Positions 1-13,062 of a stretch of 64,000 nt of DNA are shown here, one piece after another. Location: the NCBI GenBank assembly GCA_048013815.1, contig CM106585.1:9114001-9178000 (forward strand). Reading direction: 5' to 3'. The notes under the pieces were generated by a model. That model worked only from the letters and a program-made list of their open reading frames with translations, was not told the DNA's origin and did not search any database. The first letter of the stretch is position 1. The number at the start of each line of letters is the position of its first letter. The position numbers and the translations under genes are program-made. This DNA comes from Setoptus koraiensis (Eukaryota; Animalia; Arthropoda).

Positions 1-1065
1 GGTGGTAGTGGTGGTGGGCTCCGCTTCAGTGAAAGCCACAGAGGTGAAAATGGTGGTTGTTCCACTTCCGGTAGTGGTAGTGGTCACAGGCTGAGCAGTG
101 GTGGTGACCGCTTCAGTTGTGGTTGTAGGCCCGGGTCGAACACTAGTAACCGCTGCAGTGGTGGTTGTGTTGACGGACTCGATATCGGTGACGGACTCGA
201 TATCGGTGACCGGTTCAATGGTTGTAGTTGTGACGGGTTCCAATTCGGTGACATCCTCGTTGGCGGTGGTTGTGACAGCGGGTTCTGCAGTGCTGACAGA
301 TTCAATGGTGGTGGTAGCAACCGGTTGCACACTGGTGATTGATTCAGTGGTAGTGGTGGAAACAGGAAGCGACTCGGTGACCATTTCTATGTAGGTAATA
401 GGGACGGGTTGCGAATCGGTGGGGGCAGCCTCGGTGGTCGTAGTAGTAGTGGTAGTGGTGGCAACGGTCTGGTTATCTTGATATATGTAAGGGTTTAATA
501 AGTTAGTGATGCCGTTGTCGTCTTTATCGTTGGTGGTGTTACTATCACTAATAAATTGGTCTCCGAGGGGTGATTTCAACGCGGGCTCGCTCGAATCAGG
601 CAGAGTTCTTTTCAAATTTTGATAGGCGCTCACGACCGGCTTGCATGGACCTAAATATCTGATTTGAACTGGTCCCATAACGGAAAAATCTGGCCCTACA
701 TACATTTTCAAAACGCGTGTTTTTTCGTTTTTTACCATATCCCATTGTAACTTGAATTTTTCGGTAATACTGTCCATGAGTTGCTTTGAGCAGGTTACAT
801 TGTCATTCAATGAAGGATCAAACCATCGTGCCAATTTGTCTCTCATGGAGAATTGGCTCAATTCAACAGGATTGCCACTGTTAACGTGCGATAATATTCT
901 TTTGAGCTCATCAAAGGCCACTTGGTCATCTTTAATATCCGTCTCTATGCCGTTGAGAATAAATTCATGATTTGTTGGCACTTTGAGCTCGTAAGAGTCA
1001 CAATAGATAGTTATCGTGAATAGGATAAATGTGAACAATTTAATGATGTGTCGGGCGCTCATCAT
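1..1065 (-). CDS. Secreted mucin-like Thr-rich protein, 3'-partial (355 codons visible)
   Basis: Manual translation from ATG at 1065 is open to position 1: MMSARHIIKLFTFILFTITIYCDSYELKVP..., with a signal-peptide-like N-terminus, a ~170-aa non-repetitive region, then a T/E/P/V-rich region (TTTTTEAAPTDSQPVP...EPVTDIESVTDIESV). It is absent from the ORF track because no stop lies inside the window. Confidence 0.85.
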   Translation of the reverse strand, partial: MMSARHIIKLFTFILFTITIYCDSYELKVPTNHEFILNGIETDIKDDQVAFDELKRILSHVNSGNPVELSQFSMRDKLARWFDPSLNDNVTCSKQLMDSITEKFKLQWDMVKNEKTRVLKMYVGPDFSVMGPVQIRYLGPCKPVVSAYQNLKRTLPDSSEPALKSPLGDQFISDSNTTNDKDDNGITNLLNPYIYQDNQTVATTTTTTTTTEAAPTDSQPVPITYIEMVTESLPVSTTTTESITSVQPVATTTIESVSTAEPAVTTTANEDVTELEPVTTTTIEPVTDIESVTDIESVNTTTTAAVTSVRPGPTTTTEAVTTTAQPVTTTTTGSGTTTIFTSVAFTEAEPTTTTT

Positions 1066-2460
1066 GGCAGATAATTTTAGAAAAGTCATTCATTTATTCT
1101 TTTGATCATTTAAGGGACGATGTGATTTTACAACAAGTCAAAAAGTGCACACGCTCGCGTGTCGTTGTCTCTTATATTTGAGGATTCACAAAATTAGGAA
1201 CCAGACGATTCGATATACGACAAACCGATAAATCGATAAATTGCCAAGACTTGCCTGATGCGAGCGCCGCTCGCGTCTCTCTCTTGAACTAGGCTAAAAG
1301 AAATTGGCATATTTGCTCAAGGTCTCAATATTTTACAAGTTACAACGCGACAATAACGACCACTCATAATTCATGTTGCTCGATCGATACCGACAAGACA
1401 AGTGCCAAGCGTCTGGCAAGACCGCCAGACAGAGAGACAGAGAGCGTGTTTCACACATGTGACACAAATGCAAATTGTGTCACAGTTTGTTTTATTGTTG
1501 TTGTTGTTGTTGTTTTATTTTTTTATTTTAAACTTTTGTCGCTGCTGACATTGTCGCCTATGACACGCTGTTACATGGTCTATGTATTGTGTTTTGTGTT
1601 TCTTTCTCCCTGTCCCATTGGCTCGCAACTTGTGAGTCACAATTTGAGAGTCACAAGTCAGTCAATTAATTAGTCCAGTCAAGCGTTGCTTGCCCGATTG
1701 TTTGTTTGTTTGTCCTTATGTAACATTTATCAATAATACGCCAGCACGTGGTAGCGGCAAGTTGACCGATGTTTGTTTAGCGAGTAGTTTTTTTCATTGC
1801 AACAATTTCAAGTTTGTGTTCATAGTGTGCGTGTATGATGATATGTCATGTAATGTAATTGTGATTGTTTCATCGAGTGTTTTACATACAAAGATAGCAA
1901 GTGCATTTTACATGATACAGAGACAGTTAGAGGGAGACGTATATTTATCTATATAGATTTGATAGATATTTGTAGAGACAGGGGGAAATATTTGCGAAAT
2001 ATATATTCAGAGGGAGCGAGAGAGAGAGAGAGATAAAACACACACACTGCTTATATGGGGCTGGGGTGTGCATTAAACAAACAAATGATGATAATAACAT
2101 GATCATCTCCATTTCATCTAATAATAGCCATTGCGTCCAATCAACATAATTCGTCTCTCGGCGTCAGTTGCCAGACCAGTGACGTAATGGTAGCAATAGT
2201 AATAATAATAACAATAGTCTCATCAACTGCACTGTCAATATTGTTGCAATTGTTGCGACCAACAACCAAAGGGCTAACCATACCTATAATAGCCCATCAT
2301 GTAACCGGATACAGCTGATGCAGCCACTGATGCGGCCACTGACACTGAAACTGTTCGTGACTGATTGGTATGACATTATTGCATTGCATCTCATCTAATC
2401 ATTGATTTGTGGGCTACCGGCGGCAATGGATAACTCGCGTTCGAAGAGATCACCTGTCAA

Positions 2461-2874
2461 TTAGGGCACTTGTTCTAATTTGCTTATTGTGTCATTGTCA
2501 TTGTTTGCTGTTGTTGTTGTTGTTGTTGTTGACTGAATTGCACTGACAATTGTGAGACCATCTTTATTATTATCATCACTGTTGGTATGGTCATTAGGAT
2601 GGCGACAATGCGGACTGTTGTTGTTTGCTGATTGTTGATCGTCATCAGCGGCGAGCTTAATTGATTGATTGTTTGCTGTTGCTGTTGCTGTTGTGGTATA
2701 ATGTTGCTGCTCGCTTATTTGTTCGCGACTATTAGATTTAGATTGAATAGTGGGCGACACGCACAAAGATAATCTCTTATTTAAACTTGATTCGGCCTCT
2801 TTGATTTCATTGACAATTTGCGCATGCTCTTCCAAAAGTTTAGCAAATTCCTGCTGGCGCGTTTTGGCACTCGC
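2461..2874 (-). CDS. Probable terminal coding exon of an unidentified spliced gene (coiled-coil-like start, low-complexity tail)
   Basis: Acceptor ttgacag|GCG at 2875/2874 directly follows an in-frame TGA. It reads ASAKTRQQEFAKLLEEHAQIVNEIKEAESSLNKRLSL... to TAA at 2461 and extends the track ORF 2461-2835. Confidence 0.55.
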   Translation of the reverse strand, partial: ASAKTRQQEFAKLLEEHAQIVNEIKEAESSLNKRLSLCVSPTIQSKSNSREQISEQQHYTTTATATANNQSIKLAADDDQQSANNNSPHCRHPNDHTNSDDNNKDGLTIVSAIQSTTTTTTTANNDNDTISKLEQVP

Positions 2875-3718
2875 CTGTCAAGCGCGCCATATTGTATTAT
2901 TATTATTATTATTATTATCGCGCAATTTATTATATTATCGTGCCATGATTATCGTCGATTATTGTGCGCAATAATAATTGCGTAATAACAACAATGGCGT
3001 TGTGACAATGGCGCCATGACGATCGCATAATAATAATAATTGCGTAACAGCAAGTGCGTGCCGTCGTATATCGCATTGTGTCGTATTGTTGCGGTCGCCA
3101 GGTAGATGAATCGTCCGGTAGATAAATCGTCAGGTGCATTTACCGGTGATTCAATGACGGTGACCATCACGATGGCGACAATTACGACGATGATGGTGGT
3201 GATGAGGGTGATATTTGATATGTGGCATACGAAGACAGGGGCAGAATAATAATTGAGATAATGAGACGAGAGAGATAATGGTAACAAGAGAGTGAGTGAG
3301 TATATTTGCTGGTTGTTTGGTGCGCGCTGGGTCAATATTAAACTGTCACATAATACTGTCAAATGTTGTCCTCGTGATCATCATCGTTTGCCCTAAACTC
3401 TGTTTGTTTAGGGCGCCAAATAAACTGACCGCGACCAGCGAAGCCAATTCATCTCAATGACAATTGGTCAGTTGTCTATTTATGATTGCCACTACTCACC
3501 ATAACTGATTCCACCCAGTTTTTGTCCTTCTCCTTTTTTATGCTGCTCATTTTACCATCTGTGGGGCACGTTGACGTTTTGAATGAGTCGATCCAGTTGA
3601 TCCAGTCGCCAAGGGCACACGGTATATTGTTACGTAATAGAACACACAGTTATTTGATTATTTAGTTATTTGCTTTTGGTGGCTCGTTTACGCTGGCCAG
3701 TTTCACTTGGTCAGTTTC

Positions 3719-3879
3719 GCTCGGCAGCTTCACTCGGCAGCCTCGCTCGGCAGCTTCACTCGGCAGGCTCACTTGGCTAGCTTCACTTGGGAGAGGAGGC
3801 CTCTGTTTGCTCGGCCCCATTGACTGGCCCCATTGACTGGCCCCATTGAGCGGCCCCATTGAGCGGCCCCATTGAATGG
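3719..3879. repeat. Two adjacent 13-bp minisatellites
   Basis: About 5 degenerate copies of ctcggcagcttca (3719-3790) and 5 copies of ggccccattga(ct/gc) (3813-3877). Confidence 0.9.
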
Positions 3880-6800
3880 CGGGCACATGAGGCACATTTT
3901 TGGGCAGTGATTCATGCAGTGATATATATAGTGGCGATATACGGCGATTTATCCAGTGCGATGGACACTTTGTTTATATTTTGTTTGTGGCGTGACTATG
4001 GCTAAACACTGGCTGCGAGTTGGTAGCTGTAACGCGAGCGAGCACCAACAAATTGAATTGGAACAGGACACGTAGGCGGGCGCCGGTGATTATAAATAAA
4101 TCTAACTAGATCGATAAGTCCATTATCATATGACATATTTAATCTCAGATTTCATTTTGTTCATACATCATCTTGTTACTGCATTTTTGGTGCGTTGCTG
4201 TTGGGCGCTCGCTGGCCAGCGAGCCAGCGAGCCAGCGAGTCAGTGATTCACCACAATTACACCTACACCGTTGGCTGCTATAATTCGAGTCTAGTCGAGC
4301 CGAGCCAAGTCTGGCCGGCTGCATATGCGAGTCGGATCTAGTGGCGCATGAGGGATTGAGAAGGCGCCAAATTGAGGAGCTGGCCGGTATTTTTGGCACT
4401 GGGCACACTAGATGTGATTTGGATCAATTGGCACACTATATATACATGGTACAGTATTACCATGCTGGCATCGTATAGAGACACAGGGCCCATGTATAAA
4501 TAGCACACTCATTCAAATCCATTTATCCCCGTCTTACAATATAATCTCTCTATCATAATGATACCATTGAATGGGGCCCCTCTGCCGCTACTATTTGCCG
4601 CTTCCATTTGCTGGCGCCGCTGCTGCTGCTGCTGCTATATTGTGCTATTGTTACCGGCAACCGCCGGTTATAATCTAAACAATAAACAAACTCGTTCGCT
4701 CTCACATATGGGCTCTCACATTGACAAGCTCCAGCCAGCCATTGACAAATCCATAAGGCACACACACACACACACGGATATATATACATACATATTACGT
4801 AACAGTTAGCTAGTGGGCTTAGATGAATGAGAGGGGCCCCTCTCAGGTGCCTCACAACAGATGGTGCGAGGCAGCAGGCGGCTGTGTGTCGATGAAATGG
4901 AACGCGCCCGATCGCAACAACAGTTCAGTTGAATTTGATAGTTGCGATAGGCGCGCGCAAAACAAATTGACAAGGACCCAGAAATTGTATTTGTCAGACA
5001 AACAACATGTATGTGAACAATTTGGCATGATTTGGCGCCTCGTGCTCGTCATTATGTTATTAGCTGCAATCGTATGTTACCTGTGCAAAATGTCCAAAAC
5101 ACACCACTCTATTGTCGCCTGAACCTTTGCCGGCATTCGTCAACGAAACACGCTCAAATACAACACAACAATATAATGACAACAATTTATTGTTGTTGTT
5201 GTTGATGTTGTTGTTGTGATCATAACAATATCGGCTCAGTCTGTCATAGTTCACATGGGCGTCTCGCGGGGCCCCGCTCTTGTCAGCTCATCAGGATCAA
5301 TCAGTTTGAATTTGGCATTGCAGCGTGCGGGGGGCGCCCCTTTGTCGCTTTTGGGGCCAGCAAGTGCCACTGAACACAAATTGCCACTTGAGTGTGGGGC
5401 CCCGGCGGAAAGGGGCACAGCGTTGGCCAGTTTGAGTCTAAGAAGCGCGGCGCGCAATTTAGTCGCAGTTTGTATGCGCGCATAACATATTGTTGTTGCC
5501 GATTATTATTATGCAATATTGGCCGTATGTGAGTTGCTCCGCGAATAAGCAGCGAATAAGAAGAAGGAGAGGATAAGAAAAGAAAACTCGGCCCCTAATA
5601 TAGACAATAGCGCCAGTTTGTTTTCGCTTGGAAATCTTGCTAGCCAGTTAGCCAGCCACCACTCACGTAGTCACATGTGGATATTTTCGCAAAGGTGTCA
5701 AAAGTGTCGTTCGCTCGCTCTAAATCCATCTTCTCTCTGAGGGGGCCGGATTGTCCTTGGCGCGCCCAACGCGCGATTGGCAGTCTCATATTGCAAGGCG
5801 GGCCTCACTGGGGCCCCACTGGCAAACAAAGCCCCACTGGCTGATGGACAGCTAGGCGGCCAAACTGCCAGCCAGAGGAGATCAAATCAATCAATCATCC
5901 CGCGGCCCCTTTACTCATCCGCTAAAACTAAACACACCTTGCCCACTCACTTGCTTGCTTTCCTGCTCGCCAGCCTGCTAAGCTAGCTTGGCGCCCCAAC
6001 CTAATAATAATGGCGCGATATGACAAAAGGTTTCCCCGTTACTTGATCTCCGTCTATCATAGAGGCCGCACACTCTCTGAGAGGAGGGGGGGGGGCACTC
6101 TAATATAGTACACGATATTAAATTGCTGCAGCTGTTGTTGCCGCTATCACGGCCCCATTGAGGGCTGATTCGCCAGACAATTCGCATTGTTCAACTAAAA
6201 GCTTGTTTGTGTAGCTCAAAGTCGTTTTGAACTGTCCACCTTGACACGGTCTCCACGGTCATCAGCGTCGTCTTGCCAGCCGGATCAGAGATGCTATTTT
6301 TATAATCTATCCAACAGAATACCAGTCACGCGCCACTTGCAATTCAGCCCATTCAGCAATTATCGAATCAGCTCGAAGAGTATCGGCGAAAAACTGTGAG
6401 AATCGATACCACTTGACGCACACAATTACAACGAAAATCATCATTATTGTAATCATGAGATTGTAATCTCTGTCACCTCGGGCATTTCCGGCAAAGTAGG
6501 CTGAAAAAACATGAAAAAAGTGTAGCCACTAAACATTAAAATGACCACTTACGAGTGAACCTTCCTGACTGATACGCTCAGATCTCGATCTGACCGGGCA
6601 AAACCTATTCAGGCCAACCTCTTGAACAAGGAATTGTAAGTCCCTTCCCCTACTTTTGCCTGGTTCAGGAGATATTCTGGTTTTTCTGGTGCTGCAGATG
6701 GCGCTGCACTCTATGGAAAAATAATTACAGCACTTTTCTGTCCAATTTCGGTGTAAAATTGTGCGAAAAAGCCTATTGAAGATACCAGAAAAACCAGGAT

Positions 6801-6899
6801 ATTACGGGAACCAGGCAAAAGTAGGGAAAAGACCCACCATTTCTTGTTCGGGGGGGGGGGGTTGACCTGAATACGATTTGCTAGGTTGGATCGAAATCT

Positions 6900-7880
6900 A
6901 AGGGTATCAGTCGGGAAGGTTTGCTTGTGAAAGATTTGGCCGATCGTTCGGCATTTACCCAAAAGGAGATGTGTTTTCCTCTCCAAATGAGCAAATGAAG
7001 TTGCAAATTCGAACAACTTTTCTACTGCCTCTCATAATGAAGCGAACATAATATCTGCGATAGAATATGGACAGAATGTGTACGCTGCATTTTTTGGTGA
7101 TGCTTTTCGATGATGGGAGCTAGCTGAACTTGGTAACAGTTGAAAAAAAAGTGAAAAAAGCATTGAAAGAGGTTGAAAAAAGGATGGAAAGAGGGCGAAA
7201 AATGGTGAGAATGGGGGGAAAGGGATGTAGCGAGGCCATGCAGCGATCGCGGAGGCCTCAATCAAGGCTCGAGATCGGAGCGACCGCAAAATTGCTGAGA
7301 ATCAATTTTCACACATTAACTCGACGATCGACATGCCACGCACATCGTATCATGAGTGGCGTAGTGTCAAAAGAGGCCCATCTAAATGGAAATGTCTAGT
7401 AGATGGCACACTAGTCGGGAATAATCTCTTTCTCCGAATGGTTAAATGATGGCCTTATGAATAACAAGCAAAAGAGAGGCAAGAGATTAGCAATGCGGTG
7501 CAAGTCGCATCGATGAACGTTCTTGTTTCTGGGCCGCTGGAATCGCTCGGTTTATTTCCAGCTGACATGTCCACGTACTCGTCGACAACATGTTGTGCGA
7601 AAGAAAATTTTGTAAGAAGTTTAGTTCGTCGGGCGCGAAATGAGGTTTATCTTGTCAATGTGGATACAGAAAAAAAATAGAGATACACACGAGACACCGA
7701 ATAATGGTCTCAGCGGATTATTGTTGCTGCAAAAGTGCCAGCCGAACTCTTATACGATACACGAAATTGTGTAAGAGGATGAAAAAGGCGCAGAGAATCC
7801 CCGGAGAAAAGCAGGCGCCAGGCCCAAGGAGCAGATAAAAGAGACCAATGACAAGATCGAGATGAAATATGATATGATGA
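6900..7880 (+). pseudogene. Decayed coding-like sequence, family unknown
   Basis: Repeat-free segment with long protein-like stretches broken by stops (AIEYGQNVYAAFFGDAFR*; EWRSVKRGPSKWKCLVDG; SLVRRARNEVYLVNVDTEKK*; KEQIKETNDKIEMKYDMMTQ*). A GTAAGT donor lies upstream near 6636. Confidence 0.3.
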
Positions 7881-9479
7881 CGCAATGAGGCTGCCAACTG
7901 CGATGTCGTGGTGCGTTTAGCTTATTTTTAAATAGTCGGCTGGCTGTCGTCTCATGCACACATGTAAAAAAATTAGGTCGATTGGCTGCTGCTATTGGCG
8001 TCCGACGAAAAACCAACCAAACAACCAAACTCTTTTCTTTGGCGTTCACTGGCTTATAATTGTGGGCCCCTGTATCGCCGCTAACTGGCTTGGCGCGTGA
8101 CGCTGACAAGCCGAAACAGCTCGAACAGTATGTGCAGTTAAATACGATACCGAATCAGCGAATTTATACGAATCTAGTATATCATTAGTTCAAATTGGAT
8201 CAGGCCAGAGTAGACATTTTTCACTGTGTCTTTTTGTTTGTTTCGCATCCCATTTTAGCAATAATAAACTATTCGCAATCGAGATAACTGTGCACTGTAC
8301 ATGGACTGCCGCTGGTTGCCCGACGGACAATTAACAACAGTCGAACCATCAATAGCAGCCCGCCAGTCGGCTAACTAAGCAACTGGGGTCCTTTGCAAAC
8401 TGCGCCTTGGATGGCGCCGGCTTAGGGATTGCGAGTCAGAGAGTTTGGAATTTGGGGCTCTAGGCGCATCAGTTATACTTGAATCATTTCAAGCATTTAA
8501 TTAGCTGCCACAGAAAAGGCAACTTGCTCTTGCTGGCCACCGGCTGCATAAAATGAACAAAAAAAGCACAGTTGGCCTTTCAATTTAAGCTTGTTGTATT
8601 AACACAATAACCGAGGAGGCAACGCCAACAACGTGACGACCAACCACAATTAATTCTAAAATTAGTCACCGGAATGTTCCGGCCAAAATGCAACGCAAAC
8701 ACACACAGCGAATGACTCGCTGCAGGCTCCAATGCTAGCAAGTAGTTATGTAATAACAATAAATGAGCAAACGTAGAGCAAAATCGAATAGAAAAAAAGA
8801 ACACTACAAAAACTAGTCGCAACTGACTTTTTGTCGCTGCCAGCCGGACCTCTCAAAGCTCCGAAATAGGCCCCATGTGGCAGTTGCTTCAGATTAGATT
8901 ATTCGGGGCATCATTGATTAAGCACGGGTGCTAATTAGCAGTTGTTGTTGTTGCTGTTTTTGTTGTTGTTACACTGTATGCTTCTGTTTATATCATCTCC
9001 TGTTTATCTGCATGATGAATTCAATTCGTTCATCCAATTCATTCGCCCGTTCCGTTTACACTTGTTTATCTCGCACACACACACACACACATCTTTTTGG
9101 GGCCCCCACAAAATGAGGCGAGGATTATAAAAGTTAACGGAAGATCTAACAGATCAATGGAACCCACTTACTGGAAATAACGAGTCATTATAGCGAGAGT
9201 GATGGCGCCAAAAGATAACAAAAGTGATAATCAACCCATTCTGGCCATTATACGCTAATATACACACTACTGGCTTGCACAACAACACCAAATGAGGCCC
9301 CATTATAAGATCGCACCCTGAGATTACGTAATGTGGCCCAACTTTTCTTGTGTCTGCTGGCTTTGTAGTGTTAATGACCGTTAATAATAATAATTAACGG
9401 TATACGTGCACTGCTTCATCGATAGTTTGAGCTTACCAAAAGCTGCACCAATGTCAGTTATCGTATGTCATGTAATTAT

Positions 9480-10500
9480 GTATAAAATGTGAGTATGGTG
9501 ATCTCATATGGAAATTAAATTCGCCGATCGCCAACTTGTTGTTGTTCATGCTCAAATGCAGCCAATGCCTCAGCTCACCAATGATCATCTCATCAGTGAT
9601 CATAGCTCTGGGGCCAATTGACAAATTTGCCCGGACATATTGCTGTCCCGGTTTGATACGGTCTTATCCGAGGCATAATCCGAGGCTCAACAATCTTATT
9701 GCTGCCGACAAACTGTAGGCGACAGCATCCAATATTGAACAAGTTAAACAATCGCTTTTTTCCTCATCTCTTATCTTTCGTCCCGGCAAGCTGGCCTCGA
9801 ACAAAGCGAGTTCAGTCTATCACTCAGCTGGGCTCGTCATCTCATTAAATCAGCGCGCCGGCCAGATTGAGAATGCTTGCATATAATATCCAGCTAAAAC
9901 TTGCAACTCTAGCCTGGCACCTACTGTATGTAATTTGATCTTGACGCAAAAACGAATACTGCATACTATCGGTGATTTTCTGGCACATCGCTAGTTGCGA
10001 ATCGCCTAGTTTGCGAAAGCTTCACTATGTAACAAACTATCAACCAGAGGCCAATCTGACCCGATATTCTGATCGTTGTATTTCAGTGCAGGGGCAATTG
10101 TTATTCTTGTTACGCCTCAGTGACTTTGGTCGGATTTTGTCCGCTCGGACACTGTCCGATCTTCTCTAGATCAGACTCTCAGTTCGTGTAACATCACAAT
10201 TGGCAATCACTTTATGCAAATCACAAATATTACGGACCTCATCGGGCACCATTGATGGCGCCTCATTATCTAACTCGATATTGGCCAGAACCTGAAATTG
10301 ATTTCAGGAACAACGACCAGCCGCATGCGTGCGAGACCAATTTTCATCAAATTGAACCTGGGACATTCGGCTACTTTGCACTCTTGCAAACTTTTTTCTA
10401 ACTTGCAAATAATCTTGGAATTTCCAAGTTGGAATTCGTCAAGATGGAAAACATCCAAAAATCAGCTCGATCACGCCTCCAGATCCGGCCGAAATGTTTT
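9480..10500 (-). pseudogene. Possible decayed F-box/LRR gene
   Basis: Frameshifted fragments resemble an F-box start (GVIELIF / DVFHLDEFQLGNSKIICKLEK) and Cys-containing LRRs (QLAMCQKITDS; LRHWLHLSMNNNKL), with many stops. By-eye similarity only. Confidence 0.25.
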
Positions 10501-11039
10501 CTCGCTCGTATGAATATTCATGCTTGACCTATGATATTGACTGACCCAAAAAGCTAACAAATCACCATGATATGCCGGACTAGAATATTTTGGAAATTTT
10601 TAAGCATTTTTCACCATTGTTGTTCGCCCTTATCGTTGGATGAGAGTTTTGTTTCGCTTTGTTGGTGCACGCAATAATGGTCCCAAAATCGCGAGCGAAG
10701 ACGGAAAAAGTGGCAAAAGAGACCCGAAACCCTACACGAAGCTGCCGAAAAACTGGACTTGAATCAAGGAAGTTGAATCGCTGAGTTTCGTGTGGAAGAA
10801 TAACGAGATTGGCTATGATCTCGCTAGGCTGACCTCGTAACGGGCCGAAATTGACTGCCCAGTTTATTCTGGCCGTTGGTTTGCTTAGGTGCTTGGTTAC
10901 GCTGAACTGGCCGGGTAAATGAGCTGGCTTGCTGTTCAGCTCGTTCGGTGCAGAAATGTTGGCGAGTATTGACGCACGAAAATTTCGCCAAAATGCACCC
11001 AAAACGAACGCAGCCGATTTGTACTTATACTGAGACAGT

Positions 11040-12000
11040 TTGCACGTTGCACGACTAGATCAATATCTTACCACTCAAGTGCTCTATTTGTTGCCAGCCC
11101 TTCTTTCGCCTTGGCCCTCTGTCGGGGCGCCGGGGCCTACAGTTGGCCAATGTTTACTTGGGTGCATTTCGGGGTACCGAGCGCGCCAATTGTACAATCG
11201 AGAACCGCTATACACTAGCTATGATTGGGGTACGAGGGGTTTTCCTTCTGCCTCGCTTGTATCGCAGGCGTACCCTGCCCAGTTTGCGGCAGGTACCCCG
11301 GACTAGGGTATTTTAACTGCGGGATTAAATCAGAAAATAGAGGTGGGGTGGGGGGACCCAATAGACTGCTCACTTGCAGCACTTGCACTTGCTGCACGTT
11401 CTTCGTCTTGGCGTCTCAATGTTCCCGGGACCGGGAAGTCATGGCGGCTCCCACTGGACGGGAGGCGGTGGCGAGCTAGGGGGGGGCTTAGGCTGGGTAA
11501 GCCGGGAAAACTGGAGCGGGAGCTTTAGCTCGAGCCGACGAGCTCAAATGAGTTGGTCGCCTTGTTGAGCGGTTTTCGGTTGGTGCCCGAGTGCGGGGTG
11601 GCCCTCGTTTGCTCGTTGTTGTTCAGTTGTTTCCCTGTATGAGGGAAACAACGTGTGCGAGCATCCCCCAGGTAGAGTCAATAAAGAGCTAACTGGGAAG
11701 CCAAATCTCTCTCGAGATTGGCCCTTGCGCCTTGTGAGGGTCCCTCTCCCCCCATTCTGCAAACTATTCTTGAAATGTATAAATGGGCAATATCGATGGG
11801 GGAAATTGGAAACATCGGACATAAAGCAATAGGTACATTAAATAGCACTGAGTGTGTGTATGCTGCGAGAGTGTTGGGGCCCCCGGACCCCGGCCCCCGT
11901 TAATCACGCCAACGGAGCTGGCTATTACATAAGTGCTAATTTCACTAACGTACATACTAACGTACATACGACAGATTCTGTATAACAGAAATGCCAGCAA
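11040..12000 (-). mobile_element. Relic resembling the 5' part of a restriction-like-endonuclease (R2-type) non-LTR retrotransposon
   Basis: GC-rich and microsatellite-free. One minus frame with several stops gives a Pro/Ser-rich region, a decayed C2H2-like stretch (YACDTSEAEGK...SGSRLYNWRARYPEMH) and a possible Myb-start remnant (NK*ST*VVRY). Hairpins lie upstream. No RT motif was seen. Confidence 0.3.
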
Positions 12001-12388
12001 ACAGCATAGAGGCACGCAAATCACACGCACCTAATTTTGGCGATTATTTCCTAAACGACAGGTCGTCGTAAAACAATACCTTTCACTCACGAGCCCGATC
12101 AGGGGGCTATTAATTTATTTGTATTGGCGCCGTTGCGCTGTTGCGCAGCCACGGGCTCGAGTTGGAACTTGGAAGAGCCCGGCCGGCCGTATCCAAGACG
12201 ACAGCAGCGACAACAACCACAACAACCACGACGCCAACAACGACAACAGCCACAACAAGCGACCCATAAAGCACAATAAGGAGCCCCGACTTGTAACTCG
12301 CACGTTGTATGCGCACGGGCCCCACTGAATGGGGCCACCGGTGTGTGCCGAACGAGGCGTGTGTACGCGTACGAGGGGGGCGCATATT

Positions 12389-12484
12389 CGTATATCGGTA
12401 TATCCGTATATGCGTATATGCGTATATGCGTATATGCGTATATGCGTATATTCGTGTATTCGTGTATTCGTGTATTCGTGTATT
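12389..12484. repeat. 8-bp compound minisatellite
   Basis: (cgtatatg)n grading into (cgtgtatt)n. It generates several spurious ORFs. Confidence 0.9.
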
Positions 12485-12879
12485 GGGGGCCGTGTCGCTG
12501 GTGTGTGGAAACAATAAAAGCCAAAGCTAACCTAGATTAAGCGGGGGAGGGTGATTAGTTGCCGTTGTTGTTGTTTCTGCTGTTGTTGTTGTCGCTGCTG
12601 TTGTTGTTGCTGCTGTTGCCGTTGTTGTTGTTGTTGTTGTTGTTGTCGCTGTTGCTGCTGTTGAAACAAGCGTGCGTGCCGCCGGCTCGCCAATTGATGA
12701 GGAGACAATTTTTAAGCGCCCACTTGACAACAAAATGGGCCACCGTTTGGGGCCCCTGGTTCGGGCGCTGCGCTCAGTGAGAGTATTGCTATTATTACAG
12801 CGAAACGATAATAACAACAAGCGCAATAATAACAAACAAATATTCAATGTGTCAGCCAATGACTGGAAATTAGCCACTG

Positions 12880-13062
12880 TTAGACTAACTTGGGCATAAA
12901 CGAACCAATTTGGGGATAAATGAAAGTGTTTGCAAACGACAACAACTCAACGGATGCACTAAGCTTGATTAGCATGGACAGCTTATCGAGCCATTCATCC
13001 AATCGATCCATGTTGCGCTTGTTGTGGGCCTCTCTCATCACCGTTAAAACTTGCATTTCGCC
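12880..13062 (-). CDS. Third (possibly terminal) exon of the large low-complexity gene
   Basis: Acceptor aattag|GGC at 13063/13062 is phase 0, matching the exon 2 donor. It reads GEMQVLTVMREAHNKRNMDRLDEWLDKLSMLIKLSAS... to TAA at 12880. An earlier internal donor is possible. Confidence 0.55.
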   Translation of the reverse strand, partial: GEMQVLTVMREAHNKRNMDRLDEWLDKLSMLIKLSASVELLSFANTFIYPQIGSFMPKLV

